Shown: positions 17,661-26,480 of the stretch, in pieces | Numbering within the stretch: the stretch's first letter is position 1 | Layout: each line of letters starts with the position of its first letter | Source of the DNA: a bacterium | GTDB lineage: Archaea > Thermoplasmatota > E2 > JACPAO01 > JAHFTW01 | Assembly: GCA_040390065.1 (NCBI GenBank) | Contig: JAZJZE010000006.1 | Coordinates: 12,551-76,550, forward strand | Length of the DNA: 64,000 nucleotides | Direction: 5' to 3' | Position numbers and translations under genes: made by a program | The notes under the pieces: model-generated | What the model saw: the letters and a program-made list of their open reading frames with translations, nothing else | What the model was told of the DNA's origin: nothing | Databases searched by the model: none

Positions 17661-18500
17661 ATGGTGAACCGCATGAACAAACCAACACTCGTCCTCGTGA
17701 CTGCCTGCATGCTCGTGACTGCCTTCCCGGCGTCCGCAACCTTCCCCGACAGCGACCCCATCCCGGACGCAGCCGAACAACTCGTCTGCGGCTTCCCGGC
17801 GGTCAAGAACGCCATCAACATGCTTCCCCCGAACGTCCTGCACTGCGACCCCGACGGCGACCTGACGGGCGACCTCCTGGTCCCCGCGACGCCGCCCGCC
17901 CCGTGCGGCTCCTGTGCGGCGACCGACATCGTCGCGGATCAGGTCTTGCCGCTGGTCCCCGGCATCCCCACGCCCCCGGTCGTGCTGCCGCCCAACGACA
18001 TCCCGCCCAACGGCGTGCTGCTCGGCTACCTCAGCACGGAATACCGCCCGCTTCCCATCGACCGCTGGTGCGTCATCTGGGCCCCCGTCATGGGCCCCCC
18101 CGTGCCCGTCTGCGTCGACGCCGGCCCGGCCAGTCCGCTCCTGCCGCAGCAGCCCCCGACGCCCATCGGCAGCACGCCGGGCATCCCCGCGGGCTCCATC
18201 TTCAACCAGGACCCCGATGACGTGCCGTCCGTCGACATCCGCGTGCACGTCCAGTACTTCCACGACGACACCATGTTGAACCAGCGCGTGGGCGTCGGCC
18301 CGACGGGACCCTTCGAGCCCGTCGACCTGGACAACACGGGGGCCATCAACTGGTGGGCGACGAACGCCGCCGGCACGGGACTCGTTGTGAGCCTCACGCC
18401 CATCGTCGGCGGCAACCCGCAGACCCCCATCGTGGTCTCCGCGCCGATGGTCGGCCAGGCCGTCGCGGCCGCAGCCGCCACCGTGGCGTCGCTGCCGTAA
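17661..18500 (+). CDS. Secreted Pro-rich hypothetical protein
   Basis: Signal peptide MNKPTLVLVTACMLVTAFPASA. Pro-rich, several Cys. Good G/C third-position bias. No family recognised. Confidence 0.55.
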   Translation: MVNRMNKPTLVLVTACMLVTAFPASATFPDSDPIPDAAEQLVCGFPAVKNAINMLPPNVLHCDPDGDLTGDLLVPATPPAPCGSCAATDIVADQVLPLVPGIPTPPVVLPPNDIPPNGVLLGYLSTEYRPLPIDRWCVIWAPVMGPPVPVCVDAGPASPLLPQQPPTPIGSTPGIPAGSIFNQDPDDVPSVDIRVHVQYFHDDTMLNQRVGVGPTGPFEPVDLDNTGAINWWATNAAGTGLVVSLTPIVGGNPQTPIVVSAPMVGQAVAAAAATVASLP

Positions 18501-18582
18501 GCGTCCAATCGGGTCCGCCCAGCCCGGATCCAGCCCGTGAGGCGCCGCCTCCAAATACCGCGGCACCTCACGGGCCTTCGGC

Positions 18583-19644
18583 GTGAACCTCTACTGGCCG
18601 CACCACGTCATCCCGCGCAGTGCGCGCCGCCGCAACGCGAAGCGCCGCGGCGCGTGGGATGGCGCCGAAGCGGCCGCGTCGTCCGTCCTGCTGGTGAGCC
18701 ATGCCAACTGCTTGGACGGCGTCGGCGCGGCCCTCGTCGTCCTGCGCACTCTCGGCCCCGCAGGGGTCGGTGTGTGCTACGTGCAGCCCGGAGAGATGGC
18801 CGAAGTGTTGAGCCATTTCGCCAGCGTTCCCGGGGGCGGGCGCCGCCTGCTGGTTGCCGACCTCTCGTTGCAGCCGGACCAGTACGACGGCATCGTCGCC
18901 GCGTGCCGGCGCCTGCGCGAGGGCGGTTGGAGGATCGAGTGGCGCGACCACCATCACAAGCAGTGGGAGGGCCTCGACCTGTCGCGGCTTCGGGCGCAGC
19001 TCGTGGTGCTGGACGTCAACGCCGATGCGACGGAGTCCGGAGCGAGCCTGCAGCAGAAGGCGACGGCGCCGAAGGACGCATTCCTTGCGCGCCTGGCCGA
19101 AACCGTGCGCGACCGCGACCTGTGGTGGAACAAGACGCCTGACTCCGAGACGCTCGAGTTCGCCCTCAGCGATTTGGGGACGAAACGTTTCGTGGCCGCT
19201 TACCTCGCCGCGCCCGCGCCATCGGCCGTTGTCTTGCCCGCCGTCGCCGAGGCGGCCCAGCGCGAACGCGACGGACAGGCACGTGTGCTCGCGCGCCTGC
19301 TCGGCCAGGCGCGGTACTTCGGCGAGGGCACCACGCGCGTCGGCGTCATCTACGGCTGGCTGCCGAAGAACACGGGCCTGCACGAACTTCTGCACGACCA
19401 TGCTTGCCACGTCGCCGTCAACGTGCGCCCGAACGGCAAAGTCAGTCTGCGCAGCCGCAAGGGTGCCGACGTGTGCCATCTCATCGCCCGCGACTTTTCC
19501 GGGGGCGGCCACCCGAACGCCTCAGGCGCCGACCTTGGCTTGTCGGGCCGGTCCTACTGGTGGTATGTTCTCCGCCGCGGCCGCGTCGCCGTCGTCGAGA
19601 GACTCGCGGCGCGAGCCGTCGCAGCCCTGCGGGACGGTGCGTGA
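18583..19644 (+). CDS. DHH/DHHA1-family phosphoesterase
   Basis: SHANCLDGVGAA (DxD-type motif), WRDHHH (DHH motif), GGGHPNASGA (DHHA1 GGGH motif). GTG start about 25 nt downstream of CCAAATACC, so possibly leaderless. Confidence 0.75.
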   Translation: MNLYWPHHVIPRSARRRNAKRRGAWDGAEAAASSVLLVSHANCLDGVGAALVVLRTLGPAGVGVCYVQPGEMAEVLSHFASVPGGGRRLLVADLSLQPDQYDGIVAACRRLREGGWRIEWRDHHHKQWEGLDLSRLRAQLVVLDVNADATESGASLQQKATAPKDAFLARLAETVRDRDLWWNKTPDSETLEFALSDLGTKRFVAAYLAAPAPSAVVLPAVAEAAQRERDGQARVLARLLGQARYFGEGTTRVGVIYGWLPKNTGLHELLHDHACHVAVNVRPNGKVSLRSRKGADVCHLIARDFSGGGHPNASGADLGLSGRSYWWYVLRRGRVAVVERLAARAVAALRDGA

Positions 19645-20627
19645 TGGCCAAGCCGCGGCCGGCGCAAGGCGTCGTGCAAGGCGACGCGGTCGTCGTGAAG
19701 GACGAGGCGCAGGCCAACCGCCTGCACAACCGCGGTTATCTCGGCGCCCCGCAGCCCGGCAACACGTTGCGCCTGACGCTCACGGAAGCTTCCTGGGCCG
19801 TGGCCGAGGGGCGACTCGTCGTGCAGCAAGACGGGAAGGGGTTGGGCTTGCCGACGTTGCTGGATTTCGCAGCCAATCGGGACCTCACGGCGGCGGCCCA
19901 ATACGCCGTCTATCGTGACCTGCGCGAGCGTGGCCTCGTCGTGCGCCATGTTGCCGCCGGCCTTGCCGCATGGCCTCGTGGCAAAGGGATCGACGGCGAG
20001 CCGGATTTCGTCGTGCGGCCGCATTCCGAGGACGATGGCATCCCCGCCACAGACCTGTGGGTGTCGAACGGCATGGTGCACGCCATCGTAGACGCCGACG
20101 GCGCAGTCACGTACTTTCGCGCTACGACGGCATCCCCGGAGGGAACGACGGTCGAGCCGCGTTTTCCCAAAACGGCCGGCCAGCGCATCGGTGGCCAGGT
20201 GCTCGTCACCGACCCCACTGCCTGCCAGGCCATGACGGCGGCGTTCGTGGGGGCCGCGGGGCTGGGCGGTGTCGTTCTCTCCCGCGCGGAGGCAGCATGG
20301 CTGGAGGGCCGAGGCATCCTGGACGTCGCCGGCGGCGCAGACGACGGCGCGGCGCCAACTGTCGCGGCGACCCTGGCGTCCCTCCGAGCCCGCGGCATCG
20401 TCGTGCGGTCCGGCTTCCGTTTCGGCACGCACCTGCGCGGCTACCGAGGAGACCCGGATGCCGGGCACGCTGAGTGGATCGTGACCTGCTGCAATGCAGA
20501 CGACGAGCTCCCATGGAGGCTACTCGCGCGGGCCATCCGTGTAGCGCATGGCGTGCGCAAGACGTTCCTTGTCGCCCTGGCCGCGGCAGACGTGCAGTAT
20601 GTCGCGCTCGCCTGGTTCAAACCGTAA
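19644..20627 (+). CDS. endA: tRNA-splicing endonuclease, duplicated-domain (homodimeric) type
   Basis: 327 aa with two endonuclease-like halves. C-terminal catalytic block GFRFGTHLRGYRGDPDAGHAEWIV...VRKTFLVA (Y/H/K pattern). ATG overlaps the DHH stop (TGATG). Confidence 0.8.
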   Translation: MAKPRPAQGVVQGDAVVVKDEAQANRLHNRGYLGAPQPGNTLRLTLTEASWAVAEGRLVVQQDGKGLGLPTLLDFAANRDLTAAAQYAVYRDLRERGLVVRHVAAGLAAWPRGKGIDGEPDFVVRPHSEDDGIPATDLWVSNGMVHAIVDADGAVTYFRATTASPEGTTVEPRFPKTAGQRIGGQVLVTDPTACQAMTAAFVGAAGLGGVVLSRAEAAWLEGRGILDVAGGADDGAAPTVAATLASLRARGIVVRSGFRFGTHLRGYRGDPDAGHAEWIVTCCNADDELPWRLLARAIRVAHGVRKTFLVALAAADVQYVALAWFKP

Positions 20628-20724
20628 CGCGGCATCCCCTTGAGGCTGGGGTGGAGGTGGCCAAACTCGCACACGCCTTGGCCGGTCCTTTCACCCCTAA
20701 GGCCGGCCGGTGCCTGCGCCCATC

Positions 20725-21930
20725 ATGCGCGTGTCCATTGCCGTCCTCGCCGCCGTCCTGCTCATCGCCCCGCCCATCCCCGTCGGCGGCCAGGCGCAGC
20801 CGTCGGGCGTGCGGATTTCCGAGATCATGTCCGATCCGGATACAACGGCGGGCCAGCGCGAGTTCATCGAGGTGTGGAACACCGGCCAATCGGCGGTCGC
20901 CCTGGCGGGCTGGAAGTTGCACGATGCCGCGACCGCATCGGGATCGGTGAACACCTTCACCTTTCCGCCATGGAGCCTGCCCCCCAACGGCCGGGTCGTC
21001 GTCTGGGGTGGCGGCGTCGGAGACGGCCGCGGGCCCGCGTGGAGCAACTCCGCGGTCTGGAACAATGCAGGCGATGGCGTGAGCCTCGTCGACAGTGGAG
21101 GTGCCACCATCGACTGGGTGGGCTACGGGTCGGCCGTACCGCCGCCAGGGTTTGGCAATCAATCCGTCCCCGCCGCGCCGCCCCGGGGGCAATCGTTGCA
21201 GCTCGATGGCAGTGCCTGGGCACCCGGCGCGCCCACGCCTGGCAGCGCCCCCGGCGCCGTCGGCGGATCGCTCACGATTGAGGTCGCCAATGTTGCACCG
21301 TCCGTGGCCTTCGCCGCCACGCCGGTAAGCGCTCGTCCCGGTTCTAGCATCGCCGTGTCGTTCGTCGTGGATGACCCGAACGGCCCCTCGGATGTCGTCA
21401 CGTGGCGCCTCTCGTCAGGGCAGGGGATCCTCGCAACTGGGACTGCGACAGGAACCCGGACCTTGCACCTCGCGGCGCCCCCGTCACCCGGGGCCTGGGT
21501 GCTCAACCTGACGGCGACCGATGCGGCCGGGGCCAGTGCCGCAGCCGCGGCCATCATCCAAGTGCGGAACACGGACCTCGTCGTGACGATCCCGGCGGGT
21601 GCGCTCCAGTTCGGTCAGGCCGCCCCCGGCGAGTCCGAGGTCACGGGCGTGGGCGCCGTCGACGTCACGAACGACGGCGACGCGGACGTGACGCCGCTTT
21701 TGGACGTCTCCGGATTCGCGGGGTCCGGCGGGCTGGCGTTTCCCGCCGAGGGCCATGTACGCGTGACCTGGGATGCAGGCAACCAGACCATCGCTTACGT
21801 TCACCCCCTGACGGCGCTTTCGCCCCTCGCGCCGCACGGTCACGCGACGCTGCGCTTCCATCTCGTCGATGTCCCCGCGGGATTGGCCGCAGGAACCTAT
21901 GGCGCTTCGTTCACGTTGGTCGCGCAATGA
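20725..21930 (+). CDS. Secreted lamin-tail-domain (LTD) protein with Ig/PKD-like domains
   Basis: Signal peptide MRVSIAVLAAVLLIAPPIPVGG. LTD pattern ISEIMSDPD...REFIEVWNTGQSAVALAGWKL...FTFPPWSLPPNGRVVVW. Downstream beta-sandwich-like segments follow. Confidence 0.75.
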   Translation: MRVSIAVLAAVLLIAPPIPVGGQAQPSGVRISEIMSDPDTTAGQREFIEVWNTGQSAVALAGWKLHDAATASGSVNTFTFPPWSLPPNGRVVVWGGGVGDGRGPAWSNSAVWNNAGDGVSLVDSGGATIDWVGYGSAVPPPGFGNQSVPAAPPRGQSLQLDGSAWAPGAPTPGSAPGAVGGSLTIEVANVAPSVAFAATPVSARPGSSIAVSFVVDDPNGPSDVVTWRLSSGQGILATGTATGTRTLHLAAPPSPGAWVLNLTATDAAGASAAAAAIIQVRNTDLVVTIPAGALQFGQAAPGESEVTGVGAVDVTNDGDADVTPLLDVSGFAGSGGLAFPAEGHVRVTWDAGNQTIAYVHPLTALSPLAPHGHATLRFHLVDVPAGLAAGTYGASFTLVAQ

Positions 21931-22307
21931 TGCACGTCCTGGTTGCCGTCGTCATCCTTCATCCGGTCCTGGCGGAGCCGGGGGACGTGCGGCTGGTCGC
22001 CGCCGGGACGGGCGGGGCGAGTACGGAGTGGGCGGTCGACGGCGCGCACGTCGCATCGACGGCAGACCGGGAGGCCGCCGTCGTGCACCTACAGGCCGGC
22101 GGGCACCGCATCGAGGCCGAAAGCCATGCGTCGCGTGCGTGGATCGCCATCGCCCGAGTGGTCCCGGCACAACCCGGCCTCGCCTACGTCCCATCGTGGA
22201 GCGGCGGAGCGGCAGGGGAAGCTACGCGGCCAATCCCCGTCGACCTTCCCGTGGTGGGCGTGGCCGTCGCAGCCGCGGGGTTGCGCCGTCATTCGAAGGG
22301 GCCTTGA
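21927..22307 (+). CDS. Small hypothetical protein with N-terminal signal-like and C-terminal hydrophobic anchor
   Basis: ATGA overlap with the LTD gene stop. MMHVLVAVVILHPVLA at the N-terminus. C-terminal PVVGVAVAAAGLRRHSKGP. Coding-like third-position bias. Confidence 0.45.
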   Translation: MMHVLVAVVILHPVLAEPGDVRLVAAGTGGASTEWAVDGAHVASTADREAAVVHLQAGGHRIEAESHASRAWIAIARVVPAQPGLAYVPSWSGGAAGEATRPIPVDLPVVGVAVAAAGLRRHSKGP

Positions 22308-23662
22308 AGCCCGGCCGGCATGGCTTGCGCGTGCAGATCGACCCGTGGGGCAGCGGGCAGGTGAAGGACTACGCGCGCTTGCGCGACGAGTTCGGCATCG
22401 CGGCCTTCGGCGTCGCCGAGTACAGCGTCTTCGCCAAGCCGCACAACCTGTTCAGGCGCGGCGTCGTCTTTGGCCACCGCGACTTCGAACGGGTCGCGGA
22501 CGCCGTCAAGGCGCAGGACGCATGGTCCGTGATGACGGGCTTCATGCCGTCCGGCGATCTGCACATGGGCCACAAGATGGTCCTGGAACAGGTCATCGCC
22601 CATCAAGCGGAAGGGGCCGACGTCCACCTGGCCTTGGCCGACTTCGAGGCCGTGGCTGCGCGCGGCTTTACCCTGGAGAAGGCCCGCGAAGTCGCCGTGG
22701 ACCAATACGTGCGCAATGCGTTGGCCCTCGGCCTTTCGCCCGGCAATGCGGAATTCTACTTCCAGACGAAGCGCAAACGGGTGACCGATCTGGCGCACCG
22801 TTTTGCGCAGAAGGTCAACCTGTCCCAGATGCAGGCCCTGTACGGATTTGCCGGCGAGACGTCGGTCGCGCACGTGCTGGCCCCAATCATCCAGGCCGCG
22901 GACATCCTGCACGTCCAGGGCGACGAGGCGGGGGCGCGGCCCGTGCTCGTCCCAGTCGGCGTCGACCAGGATCCGCACGTTCGCTTGACGCGTGACATCG
23001 CAGCGGATTGGCGTTGGTTTGGCGTGACCTGGATGAAGGGCGACGGCGGGTCGCAGCTGACCGTGAGCGTGCGCCGCGGCGGCGACAAGAAGGCCGCGCT
23101 CGACCTGGCGGAGAGGGCGCTGCGCGACAACGGATACGGCGAACTGCGGCGCAACGACGCGTACGGAACGATGGAGGTGCGCGGGGGCACGGCGAAGGAC
23201 GAGCGGCGGATCGACTTGGCCTTGGCGCGGGCCGAGCGCGCTGCGGGGAACGAGACCGCCCTGTTGCGTCCGGCGGCAACGTTCCACCGGTTCATGACGG
23301 GCCTGCAGGGTGGCAAGATGTCATCGTCCAAACCGGAGACGTCCATCTATCTCACGGAGGATCCGAAGGCGGCGGAGAGGAAGCTTAAGGCTTCCGTCAC
23401 CGGCGGCCGCGCGACGGCGGAGGAGCAGCGCAAACTCGGCGCCGACCCAACGGTCTGCCCGGTCTACGAGATGTACTTGTACCACTTGGCCACCGACGAC
23501 GCACACTTGCAGGTCGTCTATGACGAATGCCGCAGCGGTGCGCGGCTCTGCGGCCAGTGCAAGGGTGAAGCGGCGGGCCTGCTTCTCGGTTTCCTCAAGT
23601 CCCACAAGGAGAAACGCGACGCGACCGCGCACCTCGTGCCCGAGGTCCTCGCCACCGACTGA
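22304..23662 (+). CDS. trpS: Tryptophan--tRNA ligase (archaeal/eukaryal type) with internal insertion and C-terminal Cys cluster
   Basis: IDPWGSG N-terminal block, HMGH (HIGH-type motif), DQDPHVRLTRDIA, and KMSSS. There is no in-frame ATG before the catalytic core. Candidate starts are TTG 22304 (overlapping the upstream stop as TTGA), TTG 22325 or GTG 22331. Confidence 0.85.
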   Translation: MKPGRHGLRVQIDPWGSGQVKDYARLRDEFGIAAFGVAEYSVFAKPHNLFRRGVVFGHRDFERVADAVKAQDAWSVMTGFMPSGDLHMGHKMVLEQVIAHQAEGADVHLALADFEAVAARGFTLEKAREVAVDQYVRNALALGLSPGNAEFYFQTKRKRVTDLAHRFAQKVNLSQMQALYGFAGETSVAHVLAPIIQAADILHVQGDEAGARPVLVPVGVDQDPHVRLTRDIAADWRWFGVTWMKGDGGSQLTVSVRRGGDKKAALDLAERALRDNGYGELRRNDAYGTMEVRGGTAKDERRIDLALARAERAAGNETALLRPAATFHRFMTGLQGGKMSSSKPETSIYLTEDPKAAERKLKASVTGGRATAEEQRKLGADPTVCPVYEMYLYHLATDDAHLQVVYDECRSGARLCGQCKGEAAGLLLGFLKSHKEKRDATAHLVPEVLATD

Positions 23663-23697
23663 GGGCTCAGGCCAGAAAAGGTTTCAACGTCTGCGCC

Positions 23698-25386
23698 GTG
23701 CAATCGGCGTTGCGCGTCCTCCTCCTGGCAATGCTCCTCGTCGCTCCAGCCCTGTCCGGCTGCTTCGGCTTCGGCCCCCAATGCAGCTACCATGTGGCCA
23801 TCACGCCCATCAGCGACAACGCCCTCACCACCGACAACCGCTTCCGCGTCGAAGTCACCGAGGACGAGCCGGTGCACATCGAAGCCACCGCGTCGGACGG
23901 CCGTTTCGTGCAACAGGACGGTCAGCAGAAGGCTACGCTCGTCATGCCCGACGGCACGTGGGACGTCTCCTACAGTGTCCACGGCAACCGCTGCAATTCG
24001 TACTCGGGCGTCCGCGTGGATACCACACCGCCGACGATCACGGGGCTGCAGGCGCTGGCCAACGCGGATTCGGGGCGGCATTACCGTCTCGGCGTCGGCG
24101 TCACGATTTCTGGCGCAGCCTCGACGCGCGTCATGGACCTGCGTGACAATTCCCTCATCGCCACGAGCCTCCCCGTGGACCTCAACAACCTCGCCGACGG
24201 GGTCTCGGCGTACCTGGTCTCCGCGCGGGACGAAGCGGGGAACTACGCCAACGCGACCGTGCAGGTCCGCGTCGGCTCCGCCGTCGACCTGCCGGCGGGC
24301 AAGTACACGTTCGGCGTGGTGGCGCGGTACTCCAACGACCTCATCCTGTGGGACATCACCGACCCGGCGTCGTACATGACGGTGGCGCAAGCTTCGGCGG
24401 CCACCGGCGGGCATGATCTCGGAGCCGGATATGGCGTCACACCGGCCGACGCAGAGGTCCAGCGCGTCGTCGCGGCCACAGTGACGCCCGGCATGACGAG
24501 CGCCGAGCGCGCGCTCGCCTTGCTGAAGTACATGATGCGCAACCTGCACTACGACACGTCGCGCCTGGACAATGACCACCTGTTGACACCGCACCAAGTC
24601 CTCCTCGACATGGAAGACTCGGCTGGCCGGGACTGCACCGACGCCTCGGGCAAGGCGCCGGATTGCGACGGCCTCGTCATGGACGGCAGTGGCAACGGTG
24701 TCAAGGGAGGCATCTGCCGAGACCTCGCCGCCACCTACGTCAGCCTTCTGCGCGCGGCCGGTGTCCCCGCTCGCTTGGTCTCCGGCTACGTCGCCGGCAA
24801 CGTCAACGGCTTCCACGCCTGGGCCGAGTTCTACGGGGGCGCACCAGCCGCGCACCCGGGCCAAGCACCGTGGGTCCCGGTGGACGTGAGCAACGTCGAC
24901 GGCACCTATTCCGATTCCGTGCTGCTGCAGTCGTTTGGCATCCAGTTGCCCGAGTACCTGACGTTGCGCGCGGTGCCGGAGACGTCCGAAGTGCAGGGCT
25001 GGAGCACGGCGCTCGGCGTACACTACCAGTACCCCCAAGGCACGCCGGAGCCCAAGATCACGTTCCAGAAATCCGTGGCCGCCGACTTCACGCGCCCGGG
25101 TGTCCTGTGCTTCGACCCGCAGACGCGCAGCCGCGCCCCCGCCGACAGCGAGTCGGCGTGCACCTCCTTCGGGTTCTACTTGCCGCATTTCACTCTGTCC
25201 ACGACGCGCAGCATCGACTACGGCATTCTCGTCGAATCCGCCGCCAAGGGGACGCAAGTGAGAGCCGAGGTCGCCTATCCGTTCCCGGAATCGGTGGCGC
25301 CGAACCACGTCGACTTCCTGTTCTACGGCCCCCTCGACGGCCAAGACAAGGTGGCCGGCAAGGCCGACGCTAACTTCACTGTCTGA
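23698..25386 (+). CDS. Transglutaminase-like secreted lipoprotein
   Basis: Lipobox LSGC in MQSALRVLLLAMLLVAPALSGC. Transglutaminase-core Cys-His-Asp pattern (GGICRDLA, FHAWAEFY, WVPVDVS). GTG start about 25 nt after AAAAGGTTT. Confidence 0.75.
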   Translation: MQSALRVLLLAMLLVAPALSGCFGFGPQCSYHVAITPISDNALTTDNRFRVEVTEDEPVHIEATASDGRFVQQDGQQKATLVMPDGTWDVSYSVHGNRCNSYSGVRVDTTPPTITGLQALANADSGRHYRLGVGVTISGAASTRVMDLRDNSLIATSLPVDLNNLADGVSAYLVSARDEAGNYANATVQVRVGSAVDLPAGKYTFGVVARYSNDLILWDITDPASYMTVAQASAATGGHDLGAGYGVTPADAEVQRVVAATVTPGMTSAERALALLKYMMRNLHYDTSRLDNDHLLTPHQVLLDMEDSAGRDCTDASGKAPDCDGLVMDGSGNGVKGGICRDLAATYVSLLRAAGVPARLVSGYVAGNVNGFHAWAEFYGGAPAAHPGQAPWVPVDVSNVDGTYSDSVLLQSFGIQLPEYLTLRAVPETSEVQGWSTALGVHYQYPQGTPEPKITFQKSVAADFTRPGVLCFDPQTRSRAPADSESACTSFGFYLPHFTLSTTRSIDYGILVESAAKGTQVRAEVAYPFPESVAPNHVDFLFYGPLDGQDKVAGKADANFTV

Positions 25387-26360
25387 TGCGAGGCCACATG
25401 CAGAAGCCTGAAGACTCCCGACCCGAGTCGCTGCGCGTGGATGTCCGGACCGCCGTCATGGCCGTCGTCCTTGCGGCCCTCGTCGCCGGCTGCGCCGGAG
25501 CACCGTCGGCCAAGGCCGGTGACGATGCCCGCGCGGCGCTCGCCGCAGTCCACTTCCCCTCCATGCTCGTGAAGGTCACGCCCGACGAGCCGTTCGAGAC
25601 GGTCACCGAATCGACCATCGCCTGGGGGGATGGCGCGTTCGGCGTGCTCTCGGCTGACCCGCACAGCGGGCTCTATCGCATGAACGTGTATTCCGATGGC
25701 AAATCCTACGGCTCGAATCTCGGCATGGGCTGGGTCAGCGCCGAATACCCCGGACAGCTCGATGGTTCGGCACACGGCTCCCCCTTCCTCGCCTTGTGGA
25801 ACCTCAGGGACGTCGCAAACGATCCAGCGATGGCCGTCACGATGGCCGACGGTGGCCAGAACTTCACCGTGGTCGGTGTCCTGGCCCGGGGCGGTGTCTC
25901 CTTCGTCCTCCACATCGACCTTGGCGTCCAATCCGGCACGGCGGTATGGGCGAGAATGGTCGCCCAAGGAACACGTGAATCTCCATTCACGTTTCATGCC
26001 GGAGGGGAGCTCGGCTTCCCGTTGACGGTGCCAGCCAACGCCATGGACATCCAGGGAGTCGTGGCCGGCGAGACCGTCGCCAAGAACGGCCACAAGATCA
26101 TCATGGACTTGATCAAGGACTACACCGACCGCCGCGGCAGCGTCCCGGATTCCGTCGACCCCCAGACGCTGCAGCTGGAGCGCATCGCGGCCAACAAGGA
26201 GTGGCCAGCCAACCCGTTCAAGGGCGGCGACATGCAGAACGCGCGCCAGGCGGGCGACTTCGTCTGGACGAAGTGCTCCGACAAGCTGGGCTCCTATGTC
26301 GGTCTCGGATGGGACGGCTCCGTCTCCAGCCGCAATTACGGCGGCCAGAACTGTCCGTGA
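25386..26360 (+). CDS. Hypothetical lipoprotein
   Basis: Lipobox LVAGCAG after a hydrophobic segment. Start overlaps the previous stop by 1 nt (TGATG). No family recognised. Confidence 0.55.
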   Translation: MRGHMQKPEDSRPESLRVDVRTAVMAVVLAALVAGCAGAPSAKAGDDARAALAAVHFPSMLVKVTPDEPFETVTESTIAWGDGAFGVLSADPHSGLYRMNVYSDGKSYGSNLGMGWVSAEYPGQLDGSAHGSPFLALWNLRDVANDPAMAVTMADGGQNFTVVGVLARGGVSFVLHIDLGVQSGTAVWARMVAQGTRESPFTFHAGGELGFPLTVPANAMDIQGVVAGETVAKNGHKIIMDLIKDYTDRRGSVPDSVDPQTLQLERIAANKEWPANPFKGGDMQNARQAGDFVWTKCSDKLGSYVGLGWDGSVSSRNYGGQNCP

Positions 26361-26480
26361 GGGCAGCCGCCGAGGCCCGCAAACGACTCTCCGCAACGGA
26401 GGGGGCGCATCAGAAAGCTTATAGTGGCTCAGGGTCCCTGCAACTTGCTCCGGAACGGCGCATGCCGGGCCGGGGCCACC

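Noticed and set aside
15738-18566. 942-aa minus-strand ORF antisense to the RCC1/TSP3 gene and the Pro-rich protein gene
   Set aside because: Same shadow-ORF signature: a low-complexity V/R/G/A/D translation that is the antisense image of the Asp-rich repeats. It spans two plus-strand genes and their intergenic region.
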